Assembly (NCBI GenBank): GCA_977016875.1
Contig: CDRNST010000318.1
Location: 1,612,001 to 1,676,000 of the forward strand
Length of the DNA: 64,000 nucleotides
DNA from: Pavona decussata
Lineage: Eukaryota
Reading direction: 5' to 3'
Position 1 is the first letter of the stretch. Every line of letters starts with the position of its first letter. The position numbers were made by a program, and so were the translations under genes. Positions 42,665 to 55,765 of this stretch are shown here, in pieces. The notes under the pieces were generated by a model. It was not told the DNA's origin, ran no database searches, and saw only the letters and a list, made by a program, of their open reading frames with translations.

Positions 42665-43386
42665 GCAAAAGAAAAGTACGAGGAAACCTAGACTTGCTAC
42701 AAGTCGACCTCTTAAGTCATATAAAAAAGATTTTCGTAGCGAGCGAAGCGAGCGAGACCTCATTAGTCAACAAAGTTCTTCGAAGCGAGCGAGAAAAACG
42801 AGGTCGTGCAGCGACCAAGCGAGCGAATTTTAAAGGACTTTTAGAAAGGCTAGAGGACACCTAGAAGCAAGATGACTCCGCGCCTTATATACCGTCCCCT
42901 CCCTTTACTTTTTAAGCAGTTCCTTAACCAGTTGGCTTCACGTCCATTAGTCAATATGCTTATGTTACATGGCCCAGAATGTTCATGAAAAAATGTTCAT
43001 TTAAATTATTTCAGGGGTTATGAATTAACGAAGGGTGATGTCAAGACGTTTTATTTGCACATTAACTATTTGTGTAAAATTCATGTCGGTAATTTATGGA
43101 CAAGTCATATCCAGTGACATGATACAGGATCTCTTTAAGGTAGCAGATGTTTTGGAAATAAATAGTTACGTTTTATTTCCCCTGTCATTTTTAGCATACT
43201 GAGTTGATAAAGTTCAACGCCTCCTTAACCGATCACAGTCCCAGATTCTGGTTCGGATTCTTCAGTACTACGATCGTGGCTCAACAATTATAGAATTTTG
43301 AGGCGAAGTTTTTCAGTAATTAATAAAAACAAAGGACACGGTTGTAGATATTGCTGGCGAAAAATCTTCGGAGAGGTACCGAAGAA

Positions 43387-43433
43387 ATGGCTTGCAAGTT
43401 TACCATTACTTGCAGGAGAGATCATGAAGTCAG
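43387..43433 (+). CDS. Candidate alternative first coding exon A1 of Dispatched-like gene 1
   Basis: ATG..MACKFTITCRRDHEV + AG|GTAAAA; phase 2 matches the exon at 48687. Confidence 0.55.
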
Positions 43434-45720
43434 GTAAAATTAACGGCTTAAAGTTATCTATAAACGTTTCTAAGAGAAATAATTTTCGATTCACGGAGAA
43501 TTATAGCTAAACACGAGTTACCATATCATCTATCTTCATCTGAGTTACTGCTGGGAACCTGCGACGATCCATTTTCTTACTCCATATTTAATTAACACCG
43601 AAGCTTACAAAGAACGGTTAAAATCGCAGTGCATCAACCCGCCGAATCACCATCACACATACAGCGAGCAGTCAGCCGGTTTACAGTTAACTCTCGCCTT
43701 GCGGACACCTCGCTATTACGGACACCTCAATAATCAGACGGACAGCAGCTAAATCCCGGGCAAAAATATACTACAGACGTTTGGCTGAAATAAATTCCCG
43801 CTATCACGGACTCTCGCTATTAAGGACACTTACTCTCGGTCCCGAGGGTGTCCGCAATAAAGGAAGTTGGCTGTATTTGCGACTTGAAGGGCGTGAAAGT
43901 AGAAAAACAAATAGAAATGATTGATTGTTATCTATTGCTTGAATTGTAAATTAGCTCCAAGTAGTACTCATCCTTTTTCTTTTATTTTTAAGGGGATAAT
44001 GTTGGAAAATCTAAGTGCGAACCCGACAAATAAGCGCTTGTTCATTGAATAAGAACTGCCGCATTTTTCTCTAAAATTGACAATGCAACGAAAACTGCAA
44101 CCGCCTGAATTACGTTACCATTTTTAAAAGTTTAAATGATCCTCGAGAAATATTAGCCAAACACCACCAAAATTACTTCGTAATTTATTTAGAAAAGTAT
44201 ACATCCGTTCATTGTTTGGTTCAGGGTTCTTCATTTTCTCTAGCAGACGGTTTTTCTTTTAAATTTTAATAAATTTTGGACAAAAGTTTAAAAATTACCA
44301 TTTTAGGCTAACTGAACATAAATTTTAACTACCTAATAAAGGGGCTTGTCAGCCTTAACGCCTACGTGTTATGATAAATAGTGTTTACTTACCAAATAAC
44401 TGAAATTTATAGGAGCCCACGACCTCTTAAAGAGTTAGTTTTTTTTTTACAAATGAAATTTATTTCTTGGCAAGTCACTGAAACTGAAATTGAAATTTCT
44501 TTTTCGTTCACAAAACTATTGTAATTGTCATAGAAATGTCGGTTATGTATTTCTAGAAGTAACTTATTCCTTCACAGACCAATTCAAATTATCTTCTTAG
44601 ACTTCCTGCAGACGTCTCCTGTTCCCTTTATTGCACGCAGGCTAAATTATTTGTCCGCGGCGTAAAAGTCAGGTGTTGTCGGTCTTAGGGACTATCATTC
44701 CTGACAATTTGTCCAGGGGGTATTGAGTCTATTATTTAATGTCTTGAAGATTCATCTTAGCTTTAATTTTTTTGGCAGCAGCTGGACCGCTGATTATTTT
44801 GTGGTTTTCATTTAAAACAATGATGCTCTTATATTGCAGATTCAATTTGAGTTTGACAAAGATTACTGACTCTGTTCAAAACGCACAGTTTTCCTCTGTG
44901 TTTGAATGGGCTGAACACAGAAACTTATTTACAGGTATAATTTAAACTGTGCCATTGCATCATAAAATTTCTCTTGAAGTCAACCGCCCAATACGTCATG
45001 TATCTGTGTACAGTGGTGTTCAGCTGCAGTGCCCCGTGGTGGTGGTGGAAAGAAGAAAAGGGGGGGGGGGGGTGGGGAAGGTTGGCCCTGGGCAACTACA
45101 CAAGAGGGTATGGACTTCCTCTCTCTCTCGTACGTCACAGGGAGACAATTTCTCCGAAAGCTTTGCAAACTCTTTGAGCACAGTTAATGGTATGAACAAA
45201 AGGAGTGCCACCAGTTACCTGCAGTCAGGCGTAATTTGTAGTTGTTTGTTTTTCAAACAACTAAAAGGAAGAGGAGAGTTGAAAGCGGGAAGATTCATTA
45301 AAAGTTAATATATTCATGTTAAATTCATTTCGCATGCAATATTTACCAGCATGTTCTTGAAAAAAATATACTTATTTAAATTATTTTAGGGATTACGAAA
45401 GACGGAAGTCCATGGCAGCGTATTACACATTAAATTGTTCCCATTCAAAGAACACTTTGAAGAGCAGCGCAGGTGTTGATTCCTGTCAATTCTATTTGCA
45501 CGCAGAGCGAAGTCGCAGTCATTTTTACGGCTTAAAGCCAAGCTTCTACTAAACACCACAATCCATTTTGGTTACGTCTTTAGAAATATAATCATATTGG
45601 TTCGATGCTTATTGAATTTAACGAGGAATTGTTCGACCAATGTAAGACTGGAAATATGTAAACGGTATTGGTAGATCACCGGTTGTAAGTGGACCATCCT
45701 CCAAGACAGGCGGCGAAAAT

Positions 45721-45767
45721 ATGACTTCCAAGTTTGTCATTACTTGTAGGAGAGATCGTGATGTCAG
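45721..45767 (+). CDS. Candidate alternative first coding exon A2 of Dispatched-like gene 1
   Basis: ATG..MTSKFVITCRRDRDV + AG|GTAAAA; paralogous to A1, phase 2. Confidence 0.55.
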
Positions 45768-47311
45768 GTAAAAAGAAAGTAGCTTTAGGTTATTTATAAA
45801 CTTAAGCAAAAAAAAAAAAAATTCGAGTCGGGGAGATATTTTGCGGTATATGAATTAACATGCGATTTTCCACCGAGTTTTCAGCGGGAAACCTATATGT
45901 TATTCACTGTCAGTCGCTTTTCACTGAAGCGCTCAGAAAATGGCAGAAAACACGGTACTCTTTACTTTTGGAGGTGAATAACCGACAAAGAGTCGAACAG
46001 AGAGGAGCGTGAATTCTCCAGTATCTGTAATTTGAATTTTACTGATTCATCGGGGTTAAGCGAGAAGATGCGCCTTTTACAGTAAATAGGTTTAAGAAAG
46101 GTACATAAGTTTGTCATTATTTCAATTAATGTCGGAAAAATTCTGAAAGCTTCATTTTGTTCCCTTTTGAGTTTTTGCATAATAAACGCCGCAGCTTGCT
46201 CTGGATTGAAAATGTAAGTCAAAACAGACCAAGCTACGGTCTAATATCCATTTTAAAATTAGTTTTAAAATTAGACTGATTTCGAGGCTTATCGTTGTTT
46301 TAGCTAAAAAGTCAACAATACCAGAAAACTTTTTTTTAGAGAAAGGCATATCCGTTTAATTTTTGGTTTAGGGGTTTTCAAGGAAAGAGAAATTTCTTTT
46401 CATGATAAGTGTACAGATACCAATCTACTGCTTTTGTCTGTGGCATGAATTGTATATCGGTTAAAGGGCCCCGGATAAGTATCCACGGATATATCACGTC
46501 CAATTTATTTGTTCCCAGAACTATTGAATTCAGTGCCTATGCCATTATCCTTACAAAAAAGGAAATTGTTCAACTAGGACAAATATTCTGGTGTGAGGCT
46601 AAATCGTATCGATTTGTCCATTTGGCCGCAATATAATGGTTCCATTAATTCGCGCTTAAACAACTGAAACATTAGCTGCAGCCGGTGCTTAGTCAAAAAC
46701 TAGGGAGCTTTTGCAACGACGGCGACGGAAACGAGAACGTCAAAAAAGCAATAGGTTTGATAAGTAAAACAACAACTCTGCACGTGCATTACACTTTTTG
46801 ATACACTTCTCTGCCGTCACTGCACGACTAGGACGTGAAATTTTCTGACGGGACGTTTTCTGCAGGACGTAAACACACGACGAATTTTTGTTTCTCTTCC
46901 TAAAGTTGGGTGCAGTCTCCAAAAATTCAGCTCCAGGAAATTTCACCTGCATTTGACATTGACAGCGAGTTGGAATAATGGTGGCGACGTTTGAAAAAAT
47001 GCGAATTCATTTTAATAGTAACGTTTACGCTGCCTTCGCCGTCGTCTTTGCTCAAGCACCCTCCAGCTGATACGACCTGAAAAAACTAAAATGACGATCC
47101 GTGCTACTGGTTGTCAACCCGAGAATTGCATCTCATTTCTTCTTTCTCTTGAAAGGTTTTCGATTCTTACTAATGGGACAATATTACTGTCCATTAACAG
47201 CCAACGCGAAAGAAATATAATTACCGATTAGTTTCAAGTTTCCCAAAGGATTAACGACTCTGTTCAAAATACGCTTTTCTCTCGCGGTTTAACCTACTGT
47301 GTTAATATTTG

Positions 47312-50300
47312 ATGGCGAAAGCCCAACCAGCTGAACACAGAAGGTAATTTACCGAATTTCTGGTTATTGGAACTTGTCCTTCAGCAACTCTTTTGACAAA
47401 AGCCAAAGAAATTACCTAATTTAAAATTTGGCAGGCTGGTACCCATACCAGGGCACTAAAAAGGAGGTTGGTCAGGCATTCGTTTCTTCTTTCGTCAATT
47501 TAGCGCCCACCATTTTGTTTAAATGTATGCAGGGAGGCATAGGGAAAAAGCGCGGGAATTTGGCGACATGTCAAGCTTTCGTACATTGTAGGCAGTGTCC
47601 ATTAGGCCTTTCCCGACTGCGTTGGTAAAATCCTAAAGAAGTGGTCGAAAAAAATGCCCCAAAACGTGCCCAAAATGTCTAAATAGTGCTCAAAAGTTGC
47701 TCAAAAAGTGAAAAGTTTCCGCTAAGATTTTCGCTAATATGCACATTTTTACTACAGTAGTAACAATGTATCTTACAATCTATTTTTCATAACGTTAACT
47801 CAACGGGTTCTTGCGGAAGGTTGATAAAATATAAAAGATGTTTACTTACATAGAAAGTACACTTTAGCAATTCTCTATTACTAGTCGGTAATGCGATTTT
47901 CAGACTGGCGGATTTGTGTTTATTTAGCGGTCTTCATTCTGGTTTTTTTGTTTTGGCTGTCAGTAGCACGGATGAGGATGTCTTTTTTTCAGTGATGTGA
48001 ATGTGTTATGTAAAAAAACTTTACTATAAGAGGGTTTGGGTTAGGACCTAACCCTAACTCTGTACACCTAGGGAGTGGGGTACTCAGGTACATTATTGAC
48101 AAAGGGCTATAATCAAAGACTCGTTAGACCAACAAAAGCAAATATGGTTCAGAAATTAACCCCAAAAGGAGTTAAGAAGGAATCAGCTCCTGTCATCGCT
48201 TATTTACGTGAGGACTCCCCCCCCCCCCCCCCCCCAAACCTGGGACTGTATAAACACAAAATGTCTTCCAAAATGACATGGTTATTTTTCCTGGTGGTAC
48301 AGGTATGGCTCTACTGTGTCAACTGTATATGCTTTGACTGCAGAGCTACCAACCTCACCCCCTCAACATGCTGATGAAAATAGCAGTCATAATATTTTAT
48401 TCACGGAGCTTGTCTAGAAGTCTACTTTGGAGATTTTTTGATCGGTTAAAAAACTCTGCTGCGCCATGTTTTTTCAACCAACTTGTGGGTGTTTGGAAAT
48501 TGTATGAAACACTCTTTCTTTTATGAGGATATGGAGCAAATGTACTGTTTACTATAGAATCATTTCCGTAGCCTTAAGACCTCTGATGAGAACAACCTCT
48601 GATATTCCCTGCCACTTTCTTAGTTTACTTTCCATCCTGCACCAAGGATGATACTCGGTTAATGAAAAATTTTATTTCCTTTTTAGGTTTACCAAGTATG
48701 ATTTGCTTGCACTCTTGCTGGCCATCTTCATTCCAGTGATTGCTATAGTGCTGACTATGGTGGCAATTCTGCCGGCATTGGGAGCACCACCACTACCAAG
48801 CTTTGAGAAACCTACAAAAGTAAGCCAGTTTAAGGTTACTAGCAGCTAGGCCTGAGCATTATTAAAGTATTTTAAATTGTAATGAAGTATTCCCTAAAGT
48901 CTGCAGAATAGACCTATTCGGCTAATGCAATGTTGTACCCAATTCAAATCCTTTGGGGATAAAATGTTTTGTTCTAAGTATTTCCATATCATTTAAATGT
49001 GAATGCTACATTATAATGCAGATGCAATAAACAAAGAATCTTAACCCCGGGGGATCTGAATTGGGGTACAACATTGAGTTAGCCGAATGGGTCTATTGCA
49101 TTGCTCTTAGTAATTAAATATCTTATAGCCTATGCTACTCCAGTTTAATATATTTAATTCAGTTTTCATTTCTAAAATTGTCGCTCTTAAGGACGGCACC
49201 TCCTTTTGCTACTGCGCATGTATTCTGCGCATCTCATGATGGTCTGAAAAACTCTGATTTCTTAAGGACGAAAGCCACGCAATTCAAAGGTATTTTTGCG
49301 CAGTTTATGACTATGCAGGAAAAGAAGATTTTAGTAAGGGCTATTGAAATCCAAAAAGCAAATAATTGGGGGTAACCATACATTTTTTAGTAGAAAATTA
49401 AGCTACAGTTTGGGAAAAAATGCATACACGAACTATGTATTTGAAAGCTTTTTAGCATTATGTTATCTCTGAAAAATGCTTGGTAACCCCCTCTTTTCTT
49501 TCAGGATTAAAGTAGCTCTTACTAAGATCTTCTTTACCGGCCTAGTCATAAAGCGTGAAAAAAAACTATTGTCCTAGGAGGCACTGTCGTAAATTTTTTT
49601 TTTTTTGGTAATTCAACCAGCTCCTTGCCAGAGGTTTGAATTAACTGATTTTGTGGAAGATAGTTGTAGCTCCTTGAGAGCTTTATTCATCATTGCTTAA
49701 TATTTCCCAGGGATTTGAACCAAGAGGCACGGAACTGAGTAACCAGATTGTGACGGATGGGAATGTTCGAAAAGCACTGGGAAAAAAAACCCTCTTACGG
49801 AAACCTCCTAGAGCACAAGAATTATCTGAGGACAAAGCAAATAATGGTCTTGGTTCAGGCAAGCGCAAACGGCGCTCAGTGCAAAGTTCCCTTCAACCTC
49901 CTCTCTACGAAGGTTCTGTAATTGAGTCCATGGTGTTTGTCTACAAATCCTCAGACCCACATAAAAACTTGTTTGAGGCAAGCAAGCTTAAGACCATTTG
50001 CGCCATGGACACTAACATTGTACGCTTCCACCCATCTTTCAAGCAAAACTGTCTTTATTTTTTTAATAATGGATCTAACAGCCGGGAATGTTACTCAAGT
50101 TGGTCTTTGGGAAATTATGTCGCATTGCTCAACAACCGTGGAACTTGTCAAGATATAACTGATGATGATGTGTCAAAGGTGAAAGCGCTGCTGCAGAATT
50201 GTTCGTCTTATTTTGTCAAGCAGACGCTCAAGGAAGACTGCCGATATCCATTGGCAAATGAAACAGCCAGCTCAAACTGCCCATCAGTACCAGCGCACTG

Positions 50301-53300
50301 CATCAAACACAATGCAGTGTACAACATTTTCCAGTATCTTGTAGACAACGAGTTCATGACTATACCGGATCAATCTTTCCTCAAATACACTTTATCCATG
50401 CCACCTGTCTACTACGGGGTGGAGTTTTTTTATGAAGAGTTGTACAGCAAGTTGAAGGGCAGCACCAATGTCAAAGAGGGAGTTGAAATAGCGGCATTTA
50501 GATTTTGGAATTTTAAGTATGACAAATTTGCAAAGGAGCTCTTTGTTGAGATAATATTCCCTGCTCTTGCAATAATTGTTGTGTTTGGTGTCATGTGGTT
50601 TTTCCTTGGTTCTTTTATTCTCACTTTCTGTGGCCTTTTTTGTGTAATTTATGCAATTGGTCTTTCGTATTTTCTTTATAACGTTGTTTTCGGCATGGAT
50701 TTTTTTCCCTTTCTTAATGTCCTCACATTTGTCTTTTTGGTGGGCATTGGAGCAGATGATGCATTTGTGTACTATGACATATGGAGGCAGACACGGGCTG
50801 CAAACCCTAATGCAAACATCATGCAATTGACATTGAAGACTTTGCAATATTCTGCACTTTCCATGCTGGTTACTAGTTTGACAACAGCATCAGCATTTTT
50901 TGCTAGTATATCTTCCACCATTACAGCCATCAAGTGCTTTGGAATATTTGCAGGAACATCCATCTTGACAAACTATTTGCTTATGATAACATATTTCCCA
51001 GCCGTTGTAGCTCTGCATGAGAAGTGGGTGATGAAATACAGTGATGGTGAAAGCTCAGATGTTTCGCCTTCAGGTGAGCTAACAGATGTTGGAACTGCTG
51101 AAACTGTGGAAGCGCCAAAAGCACAAGACATGTCAGAAGGCAGAGAAGCGAACAAAAGCCATAAAACTCAAGAGAAGACAAGCTTCTGTATTTTACAGGT
51201 TGCTGATTTTCCATGCTCCCTTGCGGTATCAGCAATGGGTGCTGTGCAAAGATTTGGCTCCAAGATCTTTGGTCGGTGGTTGCCGTTCGTGGTTATCAAG
51301 TTTCACTGGATTTGGATAGCCCTGCTAATCTGTCTTACTGCTGGCTTTTTGTGCGTCAACTTTGTAAAACCTGGTCTTCACCTGCCGGAGAGTGATGAAT
51401 TCCAAGTATTTTCTGATTCGCATACACTGGAAAACTACAACTTAAACTACAAGAGATTCTTTCGGTTTGAGCAAAGTGGAAGTATGGAGATACAGCTGAT
51501 CTGGGGGATCAAACCTGTTGATAATGGTAACCACTTTAATCCAGATGACAAAGGAACCCTTGAATTTGATGAATTGTGGTCGTTGGGTGGTCTCCTTTCC
51601 ACAGAGGGGCAACAGTTCCTGCGCTCTCTATGTTCATCCGCTGAGAAGCAGTCATTCTTTGCTGCATTTTCTGGGGATTTGGGATGTCCAATGGAAGCAT
51701 TAATAACAGCGTGTGCCACTGGCCCCGATGCATGTTGTGGAAAGAATGCTAGCTTTCCTTTTCCGGCTGGTGTTGCTGAGAAATGTCTTCTAGCATTTGC
51801 ATTAAGTGGAGAGGAAACAGGGTTGCTGTTTGACGCTAATAGTGGAAAAGTGAAAGGTTTTAGAATGGGGATCATTGCAAACCAATCATTTACAACAGCC
51901 TTTTCTGTGATAGATGGTTTCTATGACACAGTAAATTCTTGGGTTAAAACTGAAATGTCCAAAGCACCAGCTGGATTGCAAAATGCTTGGGCAGGCAGTT
52001 GGGGGTTCAAGTTTTATGGCCTACAGATTGGCCTCTCGGAGGGCACCTATTCGTCATTAGGCATATCAGTAGCTGTATCGTTTGTTGTAATGTTGCTTAC
52101 AACACTCAACATCTTCATCAGCATCTATGCGATCATCACCATTATTGGAGTTATTGCAATCACTATTGGATCTCTGGTGCTGGCAGGCTGGCAGTTGAAT
52201 ATTTTAGAGTCTATTGTGATGTCAGTGGCTGTGGGGCTTTCAATTGACTTCACCATGCACTATGGCGTAGCGTACAGGTTGGCTCCTGATAAAAGCAATA
52301 AAGAAAGCAGGGTGCGCTACTCACTAGTGCACATTGGATCGGCAATCACCATGGCAGCGCTGACAACCCTTCTTACAGGTGACAAATTTTTTCATATTCT
52401 CTCTCGTTGCTTTCTATTCTTTTAAGCTGTTGACAATAATATTGCCATACAACATTGCATAACTCAGTATTATGTGGTTCCAGAAAATATCCTCCCTCCT
52501 ACCATAGAAGGTCATTACAAATTAAAGGAGATAAGGGGCCACAAGGACTAACGTTTTCCGAAAGGAAAGTATGAAGCTACGTTGTAAATTTCAGTGTAAT
52601 GGATATTTTTTGGAACAGTGCACTGCAGCTAGTCACAGAGCAGGGTACATTGACCTAAATTTGAATTTTTTTTTTCATAGCAAGACTAAGGGTGCGTTCG
52701 ATTGAACCTAATAAGATTATTTCGGGATAGAAATAGATACGATGCCTACCAAAAATCACTCAAAATGGCTCTTAAATTATTGCCGGTGTATCAGCGAAAG
52801 TTTTCAGATATATCTTCCCAAATTCACGTGAAAAGAGAAATCTAATAGCTATTCCGCTCAGTTATAGTCTTTTTCCGGAATATGGTCAATCAAACGCAAC
52901 ATTATATTCTGCAACCATCAGACTTTCTTAAGCCAGGTTTAATTATGCTGTATGATTTGTCGTCCTGGCAGTGTTGGAGCACAAATTGTACAGTGTATTT
53001 AGACACCCAATTTCGATTTTGAATTTTGAAGTTTGAGCAAAAGAGAGGCTGTCCACAGTCTAGTGACATCACCAAGTCTTCAGTTGCATGAGCAATGTCA
53101 GGCAAGACAGAATGCCTCTGGACTAGAATTAATTGTCTGTTTCCTTTGTTTCAGGCTTGATGATGATGCCTGCGACAGTTCTGGCGTACTTTCAGCTTGG
53201 TCAATTCTTGATGTTGGTCATGGTTTTCAGTTGGTTTTATTCCACCTTCATTTTCTTATCCATCTGTGCTGTGATTGGTCCAAAGGACAATTTTGGACAA

Positions 53301-53504
53301 CTGAGCATCTCTAATCTGTTTCGTCGATGTTGCCGAGGCAAAGATGAAGTCTCGAAGGAAACCGCTACTGATAAGAAAGAGCATGTTATCTTAAACCAAA
53401 GTGCTGTCGGTGATCGGGCTTCAGAACAAGTTAACGTTGCTACCTTGAACCCAAATGCTGTCAGTGATGTGCCTCCAGGAAAAGCTTATGACAGCATGCT
53501 GTAA
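47312..53504 (+). CDS. Dispatched-like 12-TM SSD/RND protein, copy 1 (~1060 aa)
   Basis: Exons 47312-47343 (one candidate first exon), 48687-48819, 49711-52378 and 53155-53504. Motifs PSFEKPTKGFEPRGT, SWSLGNYVALLNNR..C, GIGADDAFV, VTSLTTASAF, GLSIDFTMHYG and YFQLGQFL. Confidence 0.9.
48908..49097. mobile_element. AATAGACC-type palindromic MITE present only in Dispatched copy 1
   Basis: atagacctattcggctaa / ttagccgaatgggtctat TIRs; the paralogous site at ~58860 is empty. Confidence 0.8.
52690..52900. mobile_element. Harbinger-like MITE shared by both Dispatched copies (also ~63405-63630)
   Basis: gggtgcgttcgattga ... tcaatcaaacgcaac. Confidence 0.6.
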
Positions 53505-53733
53505 AGGTTAAATGATAACTGCGATACTATATAGAATGTGTGTAACTACTACTAACCGAGATTATCCACACCGTGAAAAAGGAGTCTTGTTTTACTTCAC
53601 GAGGGCTACTGTAAATATCACAATTCCCTTGTCTCGATCTATCTGCAGAGAAAGTTAATTGTTTCTCTGATCAATTGCTAAGAATCCCCTATTGACTGTA
53701 AATAGGCCGTTGATTTATAGCAAGCCAAACTGA

Positions 53734-54157
53734 GGGTACGTTCCTTTATGACCCAGGCCCCAGTTGTTCAAAAGGCGGATAGTTTTGTCCACTGGATAGG
53801 TCGCTATCCGGCAGATAAAATGTGGGCAAGATTTTCCCAATAGCCCTATAATTTGTGGATAGATTAGAAGCATATGTGAAATTAAAGTATGGGATTGTGT
53901 GGAAAACTTGCCAAAGGCGTTAGTTGGAGTACATTTGCTCCGCTGGATAGTGACTTATCCAGTGGATAAAGTTATCCACTCTTTGAACAACTGGGGCCTG
54001 ATCAGGATCAATGATCCAAGATCACTCGGATCAGGGTGCATCAAGGGAACCGACGAATCCACTCTGTGTAAGGATTCGTCGGTTCCTTTGATGCACCATG
54101 ATCCGAGTGTTCTTGGATCACTGATCCTGATCTGGATCATCCCAAAGGAACGCACCC
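53734..54157. mobile_element. PIF/Harbinger-like palindromic MITE carrying a nested hAT-like MITE (53754-54000)
   Basis: TGA-GGGTACGTTCCTTT ... AAAGGAACGCACCC-TGA (3-bp TSD, GGG/CCC ends); the inner element is caggccccagttgttcaaa ... tttgaacaactggggcctg. Confidence 0.8.
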
Positions 54158-55679
54158 TGAGATAACGCATTAGTGCTGGGAACGTTTAATACTCGCTAGT
54201 TTTGTCAGTGCTGTTTTGTTTTGCAGTTTATTTTTATTATTGTCATAAGTTAATATATTGAACCTTTGTATTCATTTTTAAATATAATTTTTTGAGTTTA
54301 TTTTATAGGCAAATTTACTCTCCTGGGTTGTTCACTTTGTATTGATCATTTCTAATATAAATGTAAATTAAGGTTGAAATGCCACTGCAAAAACCGTGAT
54401 CGATCAATCTTGCTCTACGTTGGATCAAACAGGATAGTGATCAGTAAAAATCGATAAAAATAGGTCAAGTAGAAATGAAAGTCAAAAGGACCACTGCAAG
54501 GACTGATCAAATAACGTGAAAGGCTAGAGTGGACGATATTTCGACTGGCCAATACCAGTCTTCATCAGGTTTATTAGTAAAACTCACGAATTCATAGAAT
54601 ATATATGTTGTAAAATAATAACCGGAAGTACTATGATATGACGTGGTATGGTGTAGCTAGATAAGCAAACAGAAAAACAAAAATTGTATACCAGATTTTA
54701 GTCCGTCACGTTTGTTTTAAAATGCCTAGAGGCTCTAGCCAACCCTTGAGCCTTAAAATCAAAATTGACTATCGTAGCTTCATTATAAGCAGTAAAGGTG
54801 GAATCCTTAGAGGAAGACACGAACTAGGCTACTTTGTGAAGAACCTTTTTGTACCACTCCTCATACAATGGTTTGCCTTCGCAGAAAAGAAGAGTATGAA
54901 GTGTTTAGTGAATGTAGTTAATTAAGATGAAACTATTATTGCGTTCGAGGTAGAAAGAACGCACTCCTATGCAGTTTGGAATCGAGATTGCATTGTCATG
55001 ATGGGATAGTAGATCGATGTCATCAACGAATGGATGTGGTATCCCCATATCCCCCGCCGATTTTTGCGGGGGCGGATGACATCATCACCAACTTGGCAAA
55101 GTTGATTATGACTACTTGGATGCGGGCAAAATAGTGCTCTGATTGGACTTACTACAAGGCAACCAGCTGTTAATATTGTACCAGAAGATGTGCCAAATTG
55201 ACTTCAATATTGTGCATGTTGTATGTATTAATTTATTCCTTTTATCTTGAGGGCCGTAAGTTAAAAAACTGTAATAGACTCATAAATGATAATAGGTTTA
55301 ATATTACGCCTCTCCCTTTAAATAAATTGTATTGTATATCACCCAAGTTTCAATGACTTGTGTACACGTCACCTGACAAAGGTTTGACCTAAGAAAATAT
55401 GACAGTGCCTTGTCCTGCTTTCAGCAAGAACGGTAAATCACGAAAGCTTTAATGTGAGCTTGTGATTCACCTTACGTGCAGAGCAACTTGCGCTGAATGT
55501 CTTTCACCTGTCATGAACGTGAAATGCCGAGAACGTGTGGTACTTGACCGCGAGCTTTTACTTCAACGGTAATTCCACATTGTGCAAGTTGAACGGGTTG
55601 GAATAACTACAAAGGTTACTAGGTCAGACAACGTAAAAAAGTGCATATAATTAAACTTCCGGTAATCCGGGTTAATAAC

Positions 55680-55710
55680 ACCCATGACGTCACATCTCTT
55701 ATAAGCAGAA
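55680..55710 (+). promoter_or_regulatory. Putative promoter of Dispatched-like copy 2 (CRE + TATA-like)
   Basis: TGACGTCA at 55685-55692 followed by TTATAA at ~55699-55704, about 60 bp before the ATG at 55766. Confidence 0.5.
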
Positions 55711-55765
55711 GGTGAAGTTGAAATCTGTGATTGAAGCTCGTGAGCCAAGCGGTTGTCATACAGAA

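Noticed and set aside
42735-42830. Repeated GCGAGCGAA motifs upstream of PCYT2
   Set aside because: Probably a transposon fragment; ends and family could not be defined.
47558-47570. NF-kB-like GGGAATTT near the Dispatched first exons
   Set aside because: Incomplete match (lacks the terminal CC); expected by chance.
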